DNA of 64,000 nt, from positions 171,319-235,318 of the IMG/VR virus record IMGVR_UViG_3300028864_000014; one strand, written 5' to 3'. Shown in pieces: positions 9,312 to 17,371 of the stretch; positions within the stretch are counted from its first letter, which is position 1; every line of letters starts with the position of its first letter. The notes below the pieces were generated by a model, which was not told where the DNA came from, made no database searches, and saw only the letters and a list, made by a program, of their open reading frames with translations. A program made the position numbers and the translations under genes.

Positions 9312-9555
9312 TGATTTTAAAATAGGAGATAAGGTATTTTTATGTGATGCAAGAAATTGTTTTACTGCAGAGTTGAATAAACAATATACTATCATTAGCA
9401 TAAAATATGATGATTATAACAAATATACAAAAATAGCATTTAATGAAAATATATCTGAATCAGAAGAATTGTGTTATTTGGATTCCAGAAGATTTAAAAA
9501 AGATATAAAATATGAAAGAAAAATAAAATTAAAAGAAATATTAAATAATGATTAA
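9304..9555 (+). CDS. RKxKL-tagged micro-ORF (IGDKV subfamily)
   Basis: FKIGDKVF...RRFKKDIKYERKIKLKEI. Confidence 0.75.
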   Translation: MNSDFKIGDKVFLCDARNCFTAELNKQYTIISIKYDDYNKYTKIAFNENISESEELCYLDSRRFKKDIKYERKIKLKEILNND

Positions 9556-9775
9556 TAAATTTAAATCAGGAGATAAAGTTATATGTATAGATAATACAAA
9601 TGCTTTTGAATTAATACCTTATATAAAATCATACACAATATCTCATATAAAAACTATTTTTATTTTTTTAGTTGATGAAGAATCCAAATTTCCTTATGTT
9701 TATACTAGATTTGAATTCGATATTAAAACAATGAGAAAGGATAAATTGAAAAAAATACCTAATCATGAAAATTGA
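9548..9775 (+). CDS. RKxKL-tagged micro-ORF (IGDKV subfamily)
   Basis: FKSGDKVI...RFEFDIKTMRKDKLKKI. Confidence 0.75.
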   Translation: MINKFKSGDKVICIDNTNAFELIPYIKSYTISHIKTIFIFLVDEESKFPYVYTRFEFDIKTMRKDKLKKIPNHEN

Positions 9776-10004
9776 AAAAATTAAATGTAATTTAAAAATA
9801 GGAGAACAAATTGTTATAATTAAAGATACTATTGGTAATTCGGAATTAAAAATGAATAAAATTTACATAGTTGAATATATTCATGAATATGTTAATCATA
9901 TTAAGTTAGTAGGATTTGAAGAACGTATATATCAAAGTAAATTATTTAGCAATGATATTAGATTAATAAGAAAAATTAAAATAGAAGAATTAAATGAACA
10001 ATGA
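9765..10004 (+). CDS. RKxKL-tagged micro-ORF (IGDKV subfamily)
   Basis: LKIGEQIV...DIRLIRKIKIEEL. Confidence 0.75.
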   Translation: MKIEKIKCNLKIGEQIVIIKDTIGNSELKMNKIYIVEYIHEYVNHIKLVGFEERIYQSKLFSNDIRLIRKIKIEELNEQ

Positions 10005-10185
10005 TATTGAGAATTACGATATGTTAGTTGAATATTTTAATCAAAAATTAAGTTTAGCGTCTGGTATTCCAAAAAAATATTTATATCCAGATCCACTTGA
10101 TTCAATTGATTTTGATGTCATATTAAAATATTTAAGAAAAAAGAAATTAGAATACATAAAAAATAACAATTTAAATAATGATTAA
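9994..10185 (+). CDS. RKxKL-tagged micro-ORF
   Basis: DSIDFDVILKYLRKKKLEYI. Confidence 0.75.
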   Translation: MNNDIENYDMLVEYFNQKLSLASGIPKKYLYPDPLDSIDFDVILKYLRKKKLEYIKNNNLNND

Positions 10186-10339
10186 TGAAAATGAAGAATT
10201 AGAAATTATTAAATCAGAACTATCTGAACTGAAAATAAAATATGAACAATTGAAAAATGATTATGATTTTATAAAATCTCAAAATAATAATCTTAGAAAT
10301 GATATTACAGTAAATTATTGTATGGATAATCAACGTTAA
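10178..10339 (+). CDS. small coiled-coil protein (53 aa)
   Basis: Hand-read heptad pattern ELEIIKSELSELKIKYEQLK. Confidence 0.6.
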   Translation: MINENEELEIIKSELSELKIKYEQLKNDYDFIKSQNNNLRNDITVNYCMDNQR

Positions 10340-10354
10340 ATAACTATAATTTGT

Positions 10355-10385
10355 TTTGATAGTTATTTATAATTTATTACTTTTG
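10355..10385 (+). promoter_or_regulatory. Bacteroidota-type sigma70 promoter
   Basis: TTTG-N19-TACTTTTG. Confidence 0.75.
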
Positions 10386-10419
10386 TGAGTTAAATATAAA
10401 CAATTTAAAAAATAAATTT

Positions 10420-10884
10420 ATGAAAAAATTTTTGTTCTCTATTCTTATTATTCTACCATTTATGCTATCTGCAAGAGGTGGCGTGTCATGCTCTTCCCAT
10501 TCATCAATTTCTACCTCACATGTAAGTTCATCACATGTAAGTCCATCACATTCATTTACATCTGAATCACATTCATATCATCCAAGTTCAACAAGTAGGA
10601 ATAATAGTGAAGGTAACAGAGCAGTAAGAACATTCACTCATATAAATTCAGTTAGTCCATTTCATTCATCTGAACCTATTAATAAGATGACACCAAATAC
10701 TATTAAATTCTACAGTAATAACCCAAGTTATATTAGGTACAAAAATAATTATATTCCTTTCTATCAGCACAATTCATTTTTTTGGCATTACGTAATTCTT
10801 AATAATCGTAGACATCGAAATGATACAATCAGAGCAAAAAATAAAACTGACTTAATTCAAAAAGTTAATAATCATAAACAGTAA
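10420..10884 (+). CDS. exported Ser/His-rich protein
   Basis: signal peptide MKKFLFSILIILPFMLSA, SHSS low-complexity tract, aromatic C-terminal patch. Confidence 0.75.
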   Translation: MKKFLFSILIILPFMLSARGGVSCSSHSSISTSHVSSSHVSPSHSFTSESHSYHPSSTSRNNSEGNRAVRTFTHINSVSPFHSSEPINKMTPNTIKFYSNNPSYIRYKNNYIPFYQHNSFFWHYVILNNRRHRNDTIRAKNKTDLIQKVNNHKQ

Positions 10885-10890
10885 TTTAAT

Positions 10891-11133
10891 ATGAATGATA
10901 AAAAACTATCATTAATATATGATAAAAGACAAAAAGATTTTGTAGTTAAATATCCACTACGTTGTGATGGTGCATTAATATTAAATCATATTTGTGGTGA
11001 TGTTCTTAAATATAATATCAGCAAAGATTATCCTTATAATTTTGATAATTTTAATTTAAAAGAAGAATTAGAAAAAAGAGGATATGATTTATCAACTTTA
11101 AAATTTAGCATTGAACTAAAAAAAGATGCTTAA
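10891..11133 (+). CDS. hypothetical phage protein
   Basis: 80 aa ORF in operon. Confidence 0.7.
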   Translation: MNDKKLSLIYDKRQKDFVVKYPLRCDGALILNHICGDVLKYNISKDYPYNFDNFNLKEELEKRGYDLSTLKFSIELKKDA

Positions 11134-11146
11134 AATTCATAATAAA

Positions 11147-11178
11147 TTTGGTTTGTATTTAAAATTATATTATCTTTG
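11147..11178 (+). promoter_or_regulatory. Bacteroidota-type sigma70 promoter
   Basis: TTTG-N20-TATCTTTG. Confidence 0.75.
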
Positions 11179-11205
11179 TGAATAATAATAAAACAACAAA
11201 TATTT

Positions 11206-11412
11206 ATGGATTGGTTAATAATGATATTAAGTTTATCTTCGTATTACTTGATTTGTGTTAAAAAGAAAATTGGGTTTATAGTTGGCTTAATAGGAAGTAT
11301 AATAGGAATAATATATTTTTTAAATTCTAGTGTTTCTCTTGTTATTATGTATTTCTCTTTTGCTGTATTAAATATAATAGGACACTTAAAATGGAATAAA
11401 TCTAAAATCTAA
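11206..11412 (+). CDS. PnuC-like (half-size, 3-TM) membrane protein
   Basis: MDW..ILSL..YL..KKKIGFIVG...GHLKWNK resembles short phage PnuC-like proteins. Confidence 0.55.
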   Translation: MDWLIMILSLSSYYLICVKKKIGFIVGLIGSIIGIIYFLNSSVSLVIMYFSFAVLNIIGHLKWNKSKI

Positions 11413-11417
11413 ATATA

Positions 11418-11630
11418 ATGAAAATAGGAGATAAAATAACAATGTTTTTTCATGCTGCAGGTGTTACTTCAGAAGAAGTTTGTGAAGTTGTAGAATTCAC
11501 AGAAAATAGGGTATCTATTGATGATTATAATAGTGACAATGAATGTAGAGTTTTTAGTAGATTATCAGGAGTGTGCATAAATGATAATAATTCATTTGGT
11601 GCATCAAGGACGATTGACAGATGTGTATAA
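11418..11630 (+). CDS. hypothetical protein (IGDK start)
   Basis: 70 aa ORF. Confidence 0.7.
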   Translation: MKIGDKITMFFHAAGVTSEEVCEVVEFTENRVSIDDYNSDNECRVFSRLSGVCINDNNSFGASRTIDRCV

Positions 11631-11639
11631 ATTTAAAGA

Positions 11640-11825
11640 GGCTAGTCTTAGTTATTCAAATGAAAAATTCAATCTAATCAATTAGATGAAGTAATTTGAA
11701 TAGATACTAATAAATTAATTGTTAGGTCCTGGTTTACATAATAGCTAAGAATAATAGATGAAGAACACACCGACAAAGTATCAGGTGATTCTGAGATGAT
11801 AAAGGTGTGTTTGAATCTATGAATA
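11640..11825 (+). ncRNA. candidate structured RNA / cis-regulatory leader
   Basis: Intergenic; stems 11646-56/11740-50 (G-U on + strand), 11652-61/11694-703, 11764-71/11804-11, 11754-59/11815-20. Confidence 0.45.
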
Positions 11826-11839
11826 ATTAAAAAATTAAT

Positions 11840-12028
11840 ATGATAAAAGTTAAAGCAACTCAAGACGAAAACGGACATTGGTATGTGTTACCAAATGAAG
11901 TAGTAGAAGATTTTGATAAAGATGGACAGAATGAAGATTTTGTAGATTCTGGTAAATTTGACAATAAATACAACAAATATAGAACTGGCGGAGATTTAAA
12001 TAACATACAATTATATGCTAACATCTAA
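11840..12028 (+). CDS. hypothetical phage protein
   Basis: 62 aa ORF. Confidence 0.7.
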   Translation: MIKVKATQDENGHWYVLPNEVVEDFDKDGQNEDFVDSGKFDNKYNKYRTGGDLNNIQLYANI

Positions 12029-12086
12029 TTATGTTATTCTATACATAAAAATTATGATATATTTTAAAAATTAAAAATTAAAATAA

Positions 12087-12692
12087 ATGGGAAAAATAAA
12101 GTTAGTTAATAGTTATGAACCATCTAATTCAGATATGGTAATTGATGTTGAATATATCTTAGATAAAGGAAATTCTTTGATGGCAATTTTAAGTATTGTT
12201 TTTTCCGATGTTAGTAGAATTTGTGGTATGAAAGATAATAGTTATCAAATCAAATTTGAGTTTGAATCATATAAAGAATCAATATCAAAAGGAATATCAA
12301 TGGATTCAGATTATTTTGATAAGAAAAAATTAAGAACAATTGATTGTAATGACTTTCAGGATCCAGAATATTTGATGAGTATTAATTTAAAAAATGTATC
12401 TTGCTCTATTAATGCAGTAAAAACATTAAGCTCGATTTTAAATAGATATAAGCAAATTTCAAATAAGGATGAATTTAAAATTGTTCTAATTGCATCAGAT
12501 TTTGAAATAAATACATATATTGATATTTATGAATTGTGTAATAAATATCTACGTCTTATAGATGGAATAGATATTGTTATTGTTGGCAATGAAAAAATAT
12601 TTTCAATCGCTCTTGATTCATATTTAACATATAAAAATGGTTTCAAAAATGACGGATTAGGTTCTAGTTTAGTATCTAAATTGATTAGATAA
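12087..12692 (+). CDS. hypothetical alpha/beta protein
   Basis: 201 aa; hydrophobic strands KIVLIASD, IDIVIVGN; no complete catalytic motif. Confidence 0.75.
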   Translation: MGKIKLVNSYEPSNSDMVIDVEYILDKGNSLMAILSIVFSDVSRICGMKDNSYQIKFEFESYKESISKGISMDSDYFDKKKLRTIDCNDFQDPEYLMSINLKNVSCSINAVKTLSSILNRYKQISNKDEFKIVLIASDFEINTYIDIYELCNKYLRLIDGIDIVIVGNEKIFSIALDSYLTYKNGFKNDGLGSSLVSKLIR

Positions 12693-12711
12693 ATTTTTTC
12701 AATATAAAAAT

Positions 12712-13003
12712 AAATGGTTAGTGAAACTACAGTAAAGATTGTAATTATTAGATTAATTTTTGATGTTATGATTTGTAGATATAATCAGTGAATGGAGAGT
12801 CCATTGTGGCAAGTAAAGTTGGGGGGATGATATTAATACATAAGAAAGGATGTATTTTTAAACAAGCCCGCTACTGACAGCGGTGGAGGCATGGGTGAAA
12901 ATCCAGAACCAACCTAAAACGAGGCGTTGAATATCTAGTTTATTGAGCAGTTGCAAATGTTTAAGAAAACAAAATTTAGCTACGCCTATCCTTCATACCA
13001 TTT
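12712..13003 (+). ncRNA. candidate large structured ncRNA (about 290 nt)
   Basis: GC-rich ORF-free block; ends pair (AAATGGT..TGAA / TTCA.ACCATTT) then T-run; at least five internal helices. Confidence 0.6.
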
Positions 13004-13039
13004 GTTTTTTATTTTTTTTAACTTATAATTTAAAAAGTC

Positions 13040-13384
13040 ATGGACAAAAAAACTTTATTATTATTCTCATTTTGTATTCTTCCAGGATTAGGAATGTTGT
13101 GGACACTAATTGATCCTCAATTTAGTAATGTTCAATCTACTGAATGGTTCACAACAGTTACAGCACGTATTATATTTACTATTTTTTGTATTGCAGTTTC
13201 AATAATATCAATAGTATTAATATTACTCAAAAAATATAGCACAGTTGATTCACTTCAAGATAGTAGAGATAAAGTTGAGATTGATAAAATAACAAGTTTT
13301 ATTGACAACTACTTATCAGAATCACATACGTTATCAGATAAAGAATCTATTAATGAATGGGTAACAAAGAACTTCAAAAAATAA
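13040..13384 (+). CDS. two-TM membrane protein
   Basis: two hydrophobic segments in N-half. Confidence 0.75.
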   Translation: MDKKTLLLFSFCILPGLGMLWTLIDPQFSNVQSTEWFTTVTARIIFTIFCIAVSIISIVLILLKKYSTVDSLQDSRDKVEIDKITSFIDNYLSESHTLSDKESINEWVTKNFKK

Positions 13385-13390
13385 TAATTT

Positions 13391-13843
13391 ATGGCTGTTA
13401 ATAAATATATAATAAGTGGTAAAGGTTTTTTAGAAGATGTAAAAGGGGATAAAAATTCTGAATGCGTTTGGACTAAAAGCATAAGAACTGCAAAATCATT
13501 CACTTTTAATCAAGCTAACTCTTTTATTGAATTCATAAAAAATAATACTACTTTTCATGATGATTGTTTTATATGGTCACCGTTTGAAGAAAACTATGTA
13601 AAGGGTTTGTATGAAGTTGTTAGAAGAAGTACATATTATAGTATTTTGGATGATAATGAATGTGATGTATTAGAATGGTATGCTAAAAAAGTATCATCAG
13701 CAGATAGTGATTTTATATTCCTTAATAGTTCAAAAGAAATCAAAAAAGAGTCAAAATATTATTCTTATGAAGAAGCTACTGAAATTGCTAAATCAAAAAA
13801 CATTAGAATATTAAAGGCTATATCAAAAATTGTAAATAATTAA
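13391..13843 (+). CDS. hypothetical protein
   Basis: 150 aa ORF. Confidence 0.75.
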   Translation: MAVNKYIISGKGFLEDVKGDKNSECVWTKSIRTAKSFTFNQANSFIEFIKNNTTFHDDCFIWSPFEENYVKGLYEVVRRSTYYSILDDNECDVLEWYAKKVSSADSDFIFLNSSKEIKKESKYYSYEEATEIAKSKNIRILKAISKIVNN

Positions 13844-13853
13844 AAATTACAAA

Positions 13854-14102
13854 ATGAAAAATAATAATCCTAATAATATAAACATCAATGATTATATCAG
13901 TCAGATTAGCAATGATGATTTGTTGTTATGCGTTGAAGATTATTTATATTGGCAAAAAACAGGAGAAAGAAAATTTGATCACACAGAATTAGATGTTATT
14001 TATGATATGTATTTTGCTTGGCTTGAAGAAAATAGAATGTTTGGTACATATGATGTTATTACAAGAGAAATTTCTAAAAGATTATTTAATAAACAAATTT
14101 AA
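13854..14102 (+). CDS. hypothetical protein
   Basis: 82 aa ORF. Confidence 0.7.
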   Translation: MKNNNPNNININDYISQISNDDLLLCVEDYLYWQKTGERKFDHTELDVIYDMYFAWLEENRMFGTYDVITREISKRLFNKQI

Positions 14103-14116
14103 ATATATTTAACCAC

Positions 14117-14155
14117 AAAAAATTCTACTTATGTAGAATTTTTTTTGTATCTTTG
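14117..14155 (+). promoter_or_regulatory. terminator hairpin followed by -7 promoter element
   Basis: AAAAAATTCTAC-ttat-GTAGAATTTTTT then TATCTTTG 14148-55. Confidence 0.65.
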
Positions 14156-14173
14156 TATAAATAAAATATTGAA

Positions 14174-14371
14174 ATGTGGGAGGTAGGAAATAAAATAATT
14201 AGTGATGATAAATATTCAAAAGAACAAATAGGTATTATTTGGAAAATTACTGATGAAGCTGTTCATGTTAAATTTGGTACTAATATAGAAAATATCACAT
14301 TTCAAAAATTCTTTTTTTATCCAAAACATCATATGCAATCAAACATATTAGATATAAAACCATATAATTAA
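14174..14371 (+). CDS. hypothetical SH3/KOW-like protein
   Basis: WEVGNKII...IGIIWKITDEAVHVKF. Confidence 0.7.
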   Translation: MWEVGNKIISDDKYSKEQIGIIWKITDEAVHVKFGTNIENITFQKFFFYPKHHMQSNILDIKPYN

Positions 14372-14372
14372 T

Positions 14373-14564
14373 ATGAAAAAAGAAAATCAATATGGTCCAG
14401 CAAATTGTATGATATGCGGAAATCCATGTGATATAACAGAAATACTAAATATAAATACAGATGAAGAAGAAGGCTGGTGTTATTGTAAAAAATGTAAAAT
14501 AGATACTTTTATTAGGCCACTTACAGAAGAAGAAATTGAAGAATTAGAAAATAAAATAAAATAA
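14373..14564 (+). CDS. small zinc-ribbon protein
   Basis: CMICGNPC...CYCKKC. Confidence 0.7.
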   Translation: MKKENQYGPANCMICGNPCDITEILNINTDEEEGWCYCKKCKIDTFIRPLTEEEIEELENKIK

Positions 14565-14573
14565 AATAATAAT

Positions 14574-14741
14574 ATGACATCATCCGTACATTTAAAATCA
14601 CAATCACAACCTATCAAATTTATAGATGTTATAAATACATATACAAAAGATGGTTTATATTGTGTATATACAATTGATGAATTAGTGTATAAATTTCCTA
14701 TTTTAGATATTTTTCAAATAGTAGAATCTTATAAAAAATAA
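14574..14741 (+). CDS. hypothetical protein (55 aa)
   Basis: Hand-read ORF filling gap. Confidence 0.65.
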   Translation: MTSSVHLKSQSQPIKFIDVINTYTKDGLYCVYTIDELVYKFPILDIFQIVESYKK

Positions 14742-14748
14742 TAATGTT

Positions 14749-15660
14749 ATGAATATTCAAAGTTTAAGTATTGTAGTACCAACGAATAACAAGTGTGTAA
14801 ATCATTGTCAATTTTGTGTGAGTAGAACTCACACCAATCCGTATGTTGATAAGATAAATTATGTTGTCAATGAGTACATTGAAGGAAGTGACATCATTGA
14901 AAATTCAATTGAATATAAAGATTATTTCAATCGTTTACAGTTTGCCAGAGACAATGGATGTAATGTTGTAGTTCTTACTGGAACAGGTGAGCCAGTTCAA
15001 AATAGAGATTTCTTAGACTTTTTTTCAGAGATGAATTCTAAACTTCATACTCCTTTTAAAAGTATAGAAGTTCAAACAACTGGTGTTCTATTGACAGATG
15101 AATATCTTGGACATTTGAGAGAAATTGGAATTACAACTATTTCCTTTTCAATCTCTAATATTTTTGATAATGATAAAAATTTGAAAATTATAGGTTGTAA
15201 TGAAAAATTAAAATTTGATGTTTTTGATACTATTAAATTAGTTAAAAATCATGACTTCAATTTGAGATTATCATTAAATATGGTTAATGATTATGATGAA
15301 CACACAGTAGATGAGGTTCTATTGAGATGTAAAGAACTTGGTGCAGATCAAATAACTTTCAGAAAATTGTACAAATCTGAATTAAATAATGGTATTGATA
15401 AATGGATAGAAAATAATGCAAGTAAGATTTTTTATGATAGATTGATTTCATATATGAATGTATATGAAAATCGTAACGCTAATAAATTTTTAGGCACTCT
15501 TCCTTTTGGTCCTAAAATTTATGATGTTAATGATATGTCTGTTTCTATTGATTCTGATTGTATGAATTTAATGAAAAAAGATACATACAAATATCTCATT
15601 TTAAGAGAGAATGCAAAACTGTATTTTCTTTGGAATACACCATCCAGTTTGATATTTTGA
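14749..15660 (+). CDS. radical SAM superfamily protein
   Basis: CVNHCQFC (CxxxCxxC), LTGTGEP, VQTTG, TISFSIS. Confidence 0.9.
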   Translation: MNIQSLSIVVPTNNKCVNHCQFCVSRTHTNPYVDKINYVVNEYIEGSDIIENSIEYKDYFNRLQFARDNGCNVVVLTGTGEPVQNRDFLDFFSEMNSKLHTPFKSIEVQTTGVLLTDEYLGHLREIGITTISFSISNIFDNDKNLKIIGCNEKLKFDVFDTIKLVKNHDFNLRLSLNMVNDYDEHTVDEVLLRCKELGADQITFRKLYKSELNNGIDKWIENNASKIFYDRLISYMNVYENRNANKFLGTLPFGPKIYDVNDMSVSIDSDCMNLMKKDTYKYLILRENAKLYFLWNTPSSLIF

Positions 15661-15685
15661 AAAAATTAAAAATAAATTTAAAAAT

Positions 15686-16522
15686 ATGAATGAACAAGAA
15701 ATTACATTACAGCATGAAATTGCAGAACAAAATAAAATTGTATTACAAATTCATGAAGCCATAGACACCGCTCAAGATAGATTATTAGAAAGAGCAAGAA
15801 CTATATTAAGTGAGAATAGTATAAAAACTTCACTTTTAGATAAAGTACTGAGGCTTAAAAGATTAGGCTTCGTCAATACTACTGAAGTTGTTGAAACTGA
15901 TAAAAAAATTGCATTTATTGATATGACTGAAAAAGAAGCAAAAATTATTCAGCATTATAAACAAACTTATATAGATCTAAAATTCTTACCAATTGAAGAA
16001 TTTGATAAAATTTGTGATAAATATAATTTGATTTATGCACCAGTTTCAAATTATAAAAATGATGTTCCAGAACAGAATTTAATTGAAATTGAATCAGCAA
16101 AATCATTAAAGAAATCTGATTCATATGAAAATTATTATAAGTATGTCATATCATCATATTGGCGTGGAGTACCTGAAGAAGCAAAAAATTGGATAAATAA
16201 TAATATGTTTGATAGTCCAGATTATAGTGAATTTGATATCGCAAAAATGTGTCCGATAAAAATAAAATCATATGTATATGATACAGGAGGGTTAAAAATA
16301 GTTAAAATTGGTAGTAATGAACTATTTATTGCTGCTCCTAAATCTCATTTCATTCTTGAAAATTTGGTTTTTGATAATACTAAAGGATATTATGACTCAA
16401 GAAATGCAGTAGAACCAAAGGATCCTATTGTTTTTAGATACGTTGTTGGAGGAATACAAATTTTATCTAAATGGGGAATTGAATCTTTGGATCAAAGATT
16501 GAATATATCTAATATTAATTAA
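15686..16522 (+). CDS. conserved phage hypothetical protein
   Basis: 278 aa; IAAPKSHF, PKDPIVF, ILSKWG. Confidence 0.75.
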   Translation: MNEQEITLQHEIAEQNKIVLQIHEAIDTAQDRLLERARTILSENSIKTSLLDKVLRLKRLGFVNTTEVVETDKKIAFIDMTEKEAKIIQHYKQTYIDLKFLPIEEFDKICDKYNLIYAPVSNYKNDVPEQNLIEIESAKSLKKSDSYENYYKYVISSYWRGVPEEAKNWINNNMFDSPDYSEFDIAKMCPIKIKSYVYDTGGLKIVKIGSNELFIAAPKSHFILENLVFDNTKGYYDSRNAVEPKDPIVFRYVVGGIQILSKWGIESLDQRLNISNIN

Positions 16523-16523
16523 T

Positions 16524-16859
16524 ATGAATATAGTTAGACATAGCATAGGAGATAAAGTTGTTGCATTAACAAATCCATTAAATAATTTGTGTCAAAATAG
16601 AGTGAAAGGAACAGTGTATACTGTTCTTGATTATACATATTGTTCTAAGTGTGGAATTCAATCAATTAATATTGGAGTATTTACAACTCTTGAAAAATCT
16701 GAATGTAGTTGTGGAAATATTTCATTGAGTAAAGGTAAATATTGGACAGATTCTTTTCATTTTGCGAACGTTGATAATATTAAAGAAGCACTATCAGAAT
16801 CAATAAAAACAGAAAATTACGAATTATCATCATTATTAAGAGACATTAATATAATTTAA
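16524..16859 (+). CDS. SH3-like + Zn-binding + UVR (UvrB/C motif) protein
   Basis: IGDKVV, CSKC..CSC, C-terminal ESIKTENYELSSLLRD. Confidence 0.7.
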   Translation: MNIVRHSIGDKVVALTNPLNNLCQNRVKGTVYTVLDYTYCSKCGIQSINIGVFTTLEKSECSCGNISLSKGKYWTDSFHFANVDNIKEALSESIKTENYELSSLLRDINII

Positions 16860-16873
16860 AAAAAATTTAAAAT

Positions 16874-17215
16874 ATGAAAAAAGAATTTAACATTGGTGAT
16901 GAAGTAGTATCTTTATCAAATACAACTAACATTAAAAGTCAATTACGGATTGAAGGTAAAAAATACATTGTTATGGATGCTATGTATTGTCCAACATGTG
17001 GAGCACAGTGTATTAATATTGGAGGTGTTGCAAAATATCGTCAGGTAAAATGTGGATGTGGAGATGTTCAAGATAGTCGTGGTAAATCTTGGACTAATTC
17101 TACTGAGTTCTCTAAAGTTAATCACATTGAGAAAGAAATGTTAGATGCAGTTAAAATTGAAAATTACGAAGAAGCTGCAGTATTAAGAGATATTATGAAA
17201 GTTATGAATGCTTAA
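16874..17215 (+). CDS. SH3-like + Zn-binding + UVR (UvrB/C motif) protein, tandem paralog
   Basis: IGDEVV, CPTC..CGC, C-terminal DAVKIENYEEAAVLRD. Confidence 0.75.
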   Translation: MKKEFNIGDEVVSLSNTTNIKSQLRIEGKKYIVMDAMYCPTCGAQCINIGGVAKYRQVKCGCGDVQDSRGKSWTNSTEFSKVNHIEKEMLDAVKIENYEEAAVLRDIMKVMNA

Positions 17216-17218
17216 TTT

Positions 17219-17371
17219 ATGACAATATTTCATCTTTGTACTATTTTTTCTGTAATAGGTTCTGGTATAATGATTCTTTTTTTTATTGTTGCTATATTGT
17301 CTGCCTTAACTAATCCATCTAAATTTGTATTAGGTGATATGTTATATGATAATAATTTATCTGAAAAATGA
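17219..17371 (+). CDS. small membrane protein (50 aa)
   Basis: Hand-read; hydrophobic; ends TGA followed by in-frame open sequence. Confidence 0.55.
   Translation: MTIFHLCTIFSVIGSGIMILFFIVAILSALTNPSKFVLGDMLYDNNLSEK

Noticed and set aside
12087-12692. P-loop ATPase
   Set aside because: Walker-B-like strand only; no Walker A motif.
12860-12910. Cobalamin riboswitch
   Set aside because: GGTGAAAATCC and CCCGCTACTG resemble its elements but occur in the wrong order and the B12-box end is absent.
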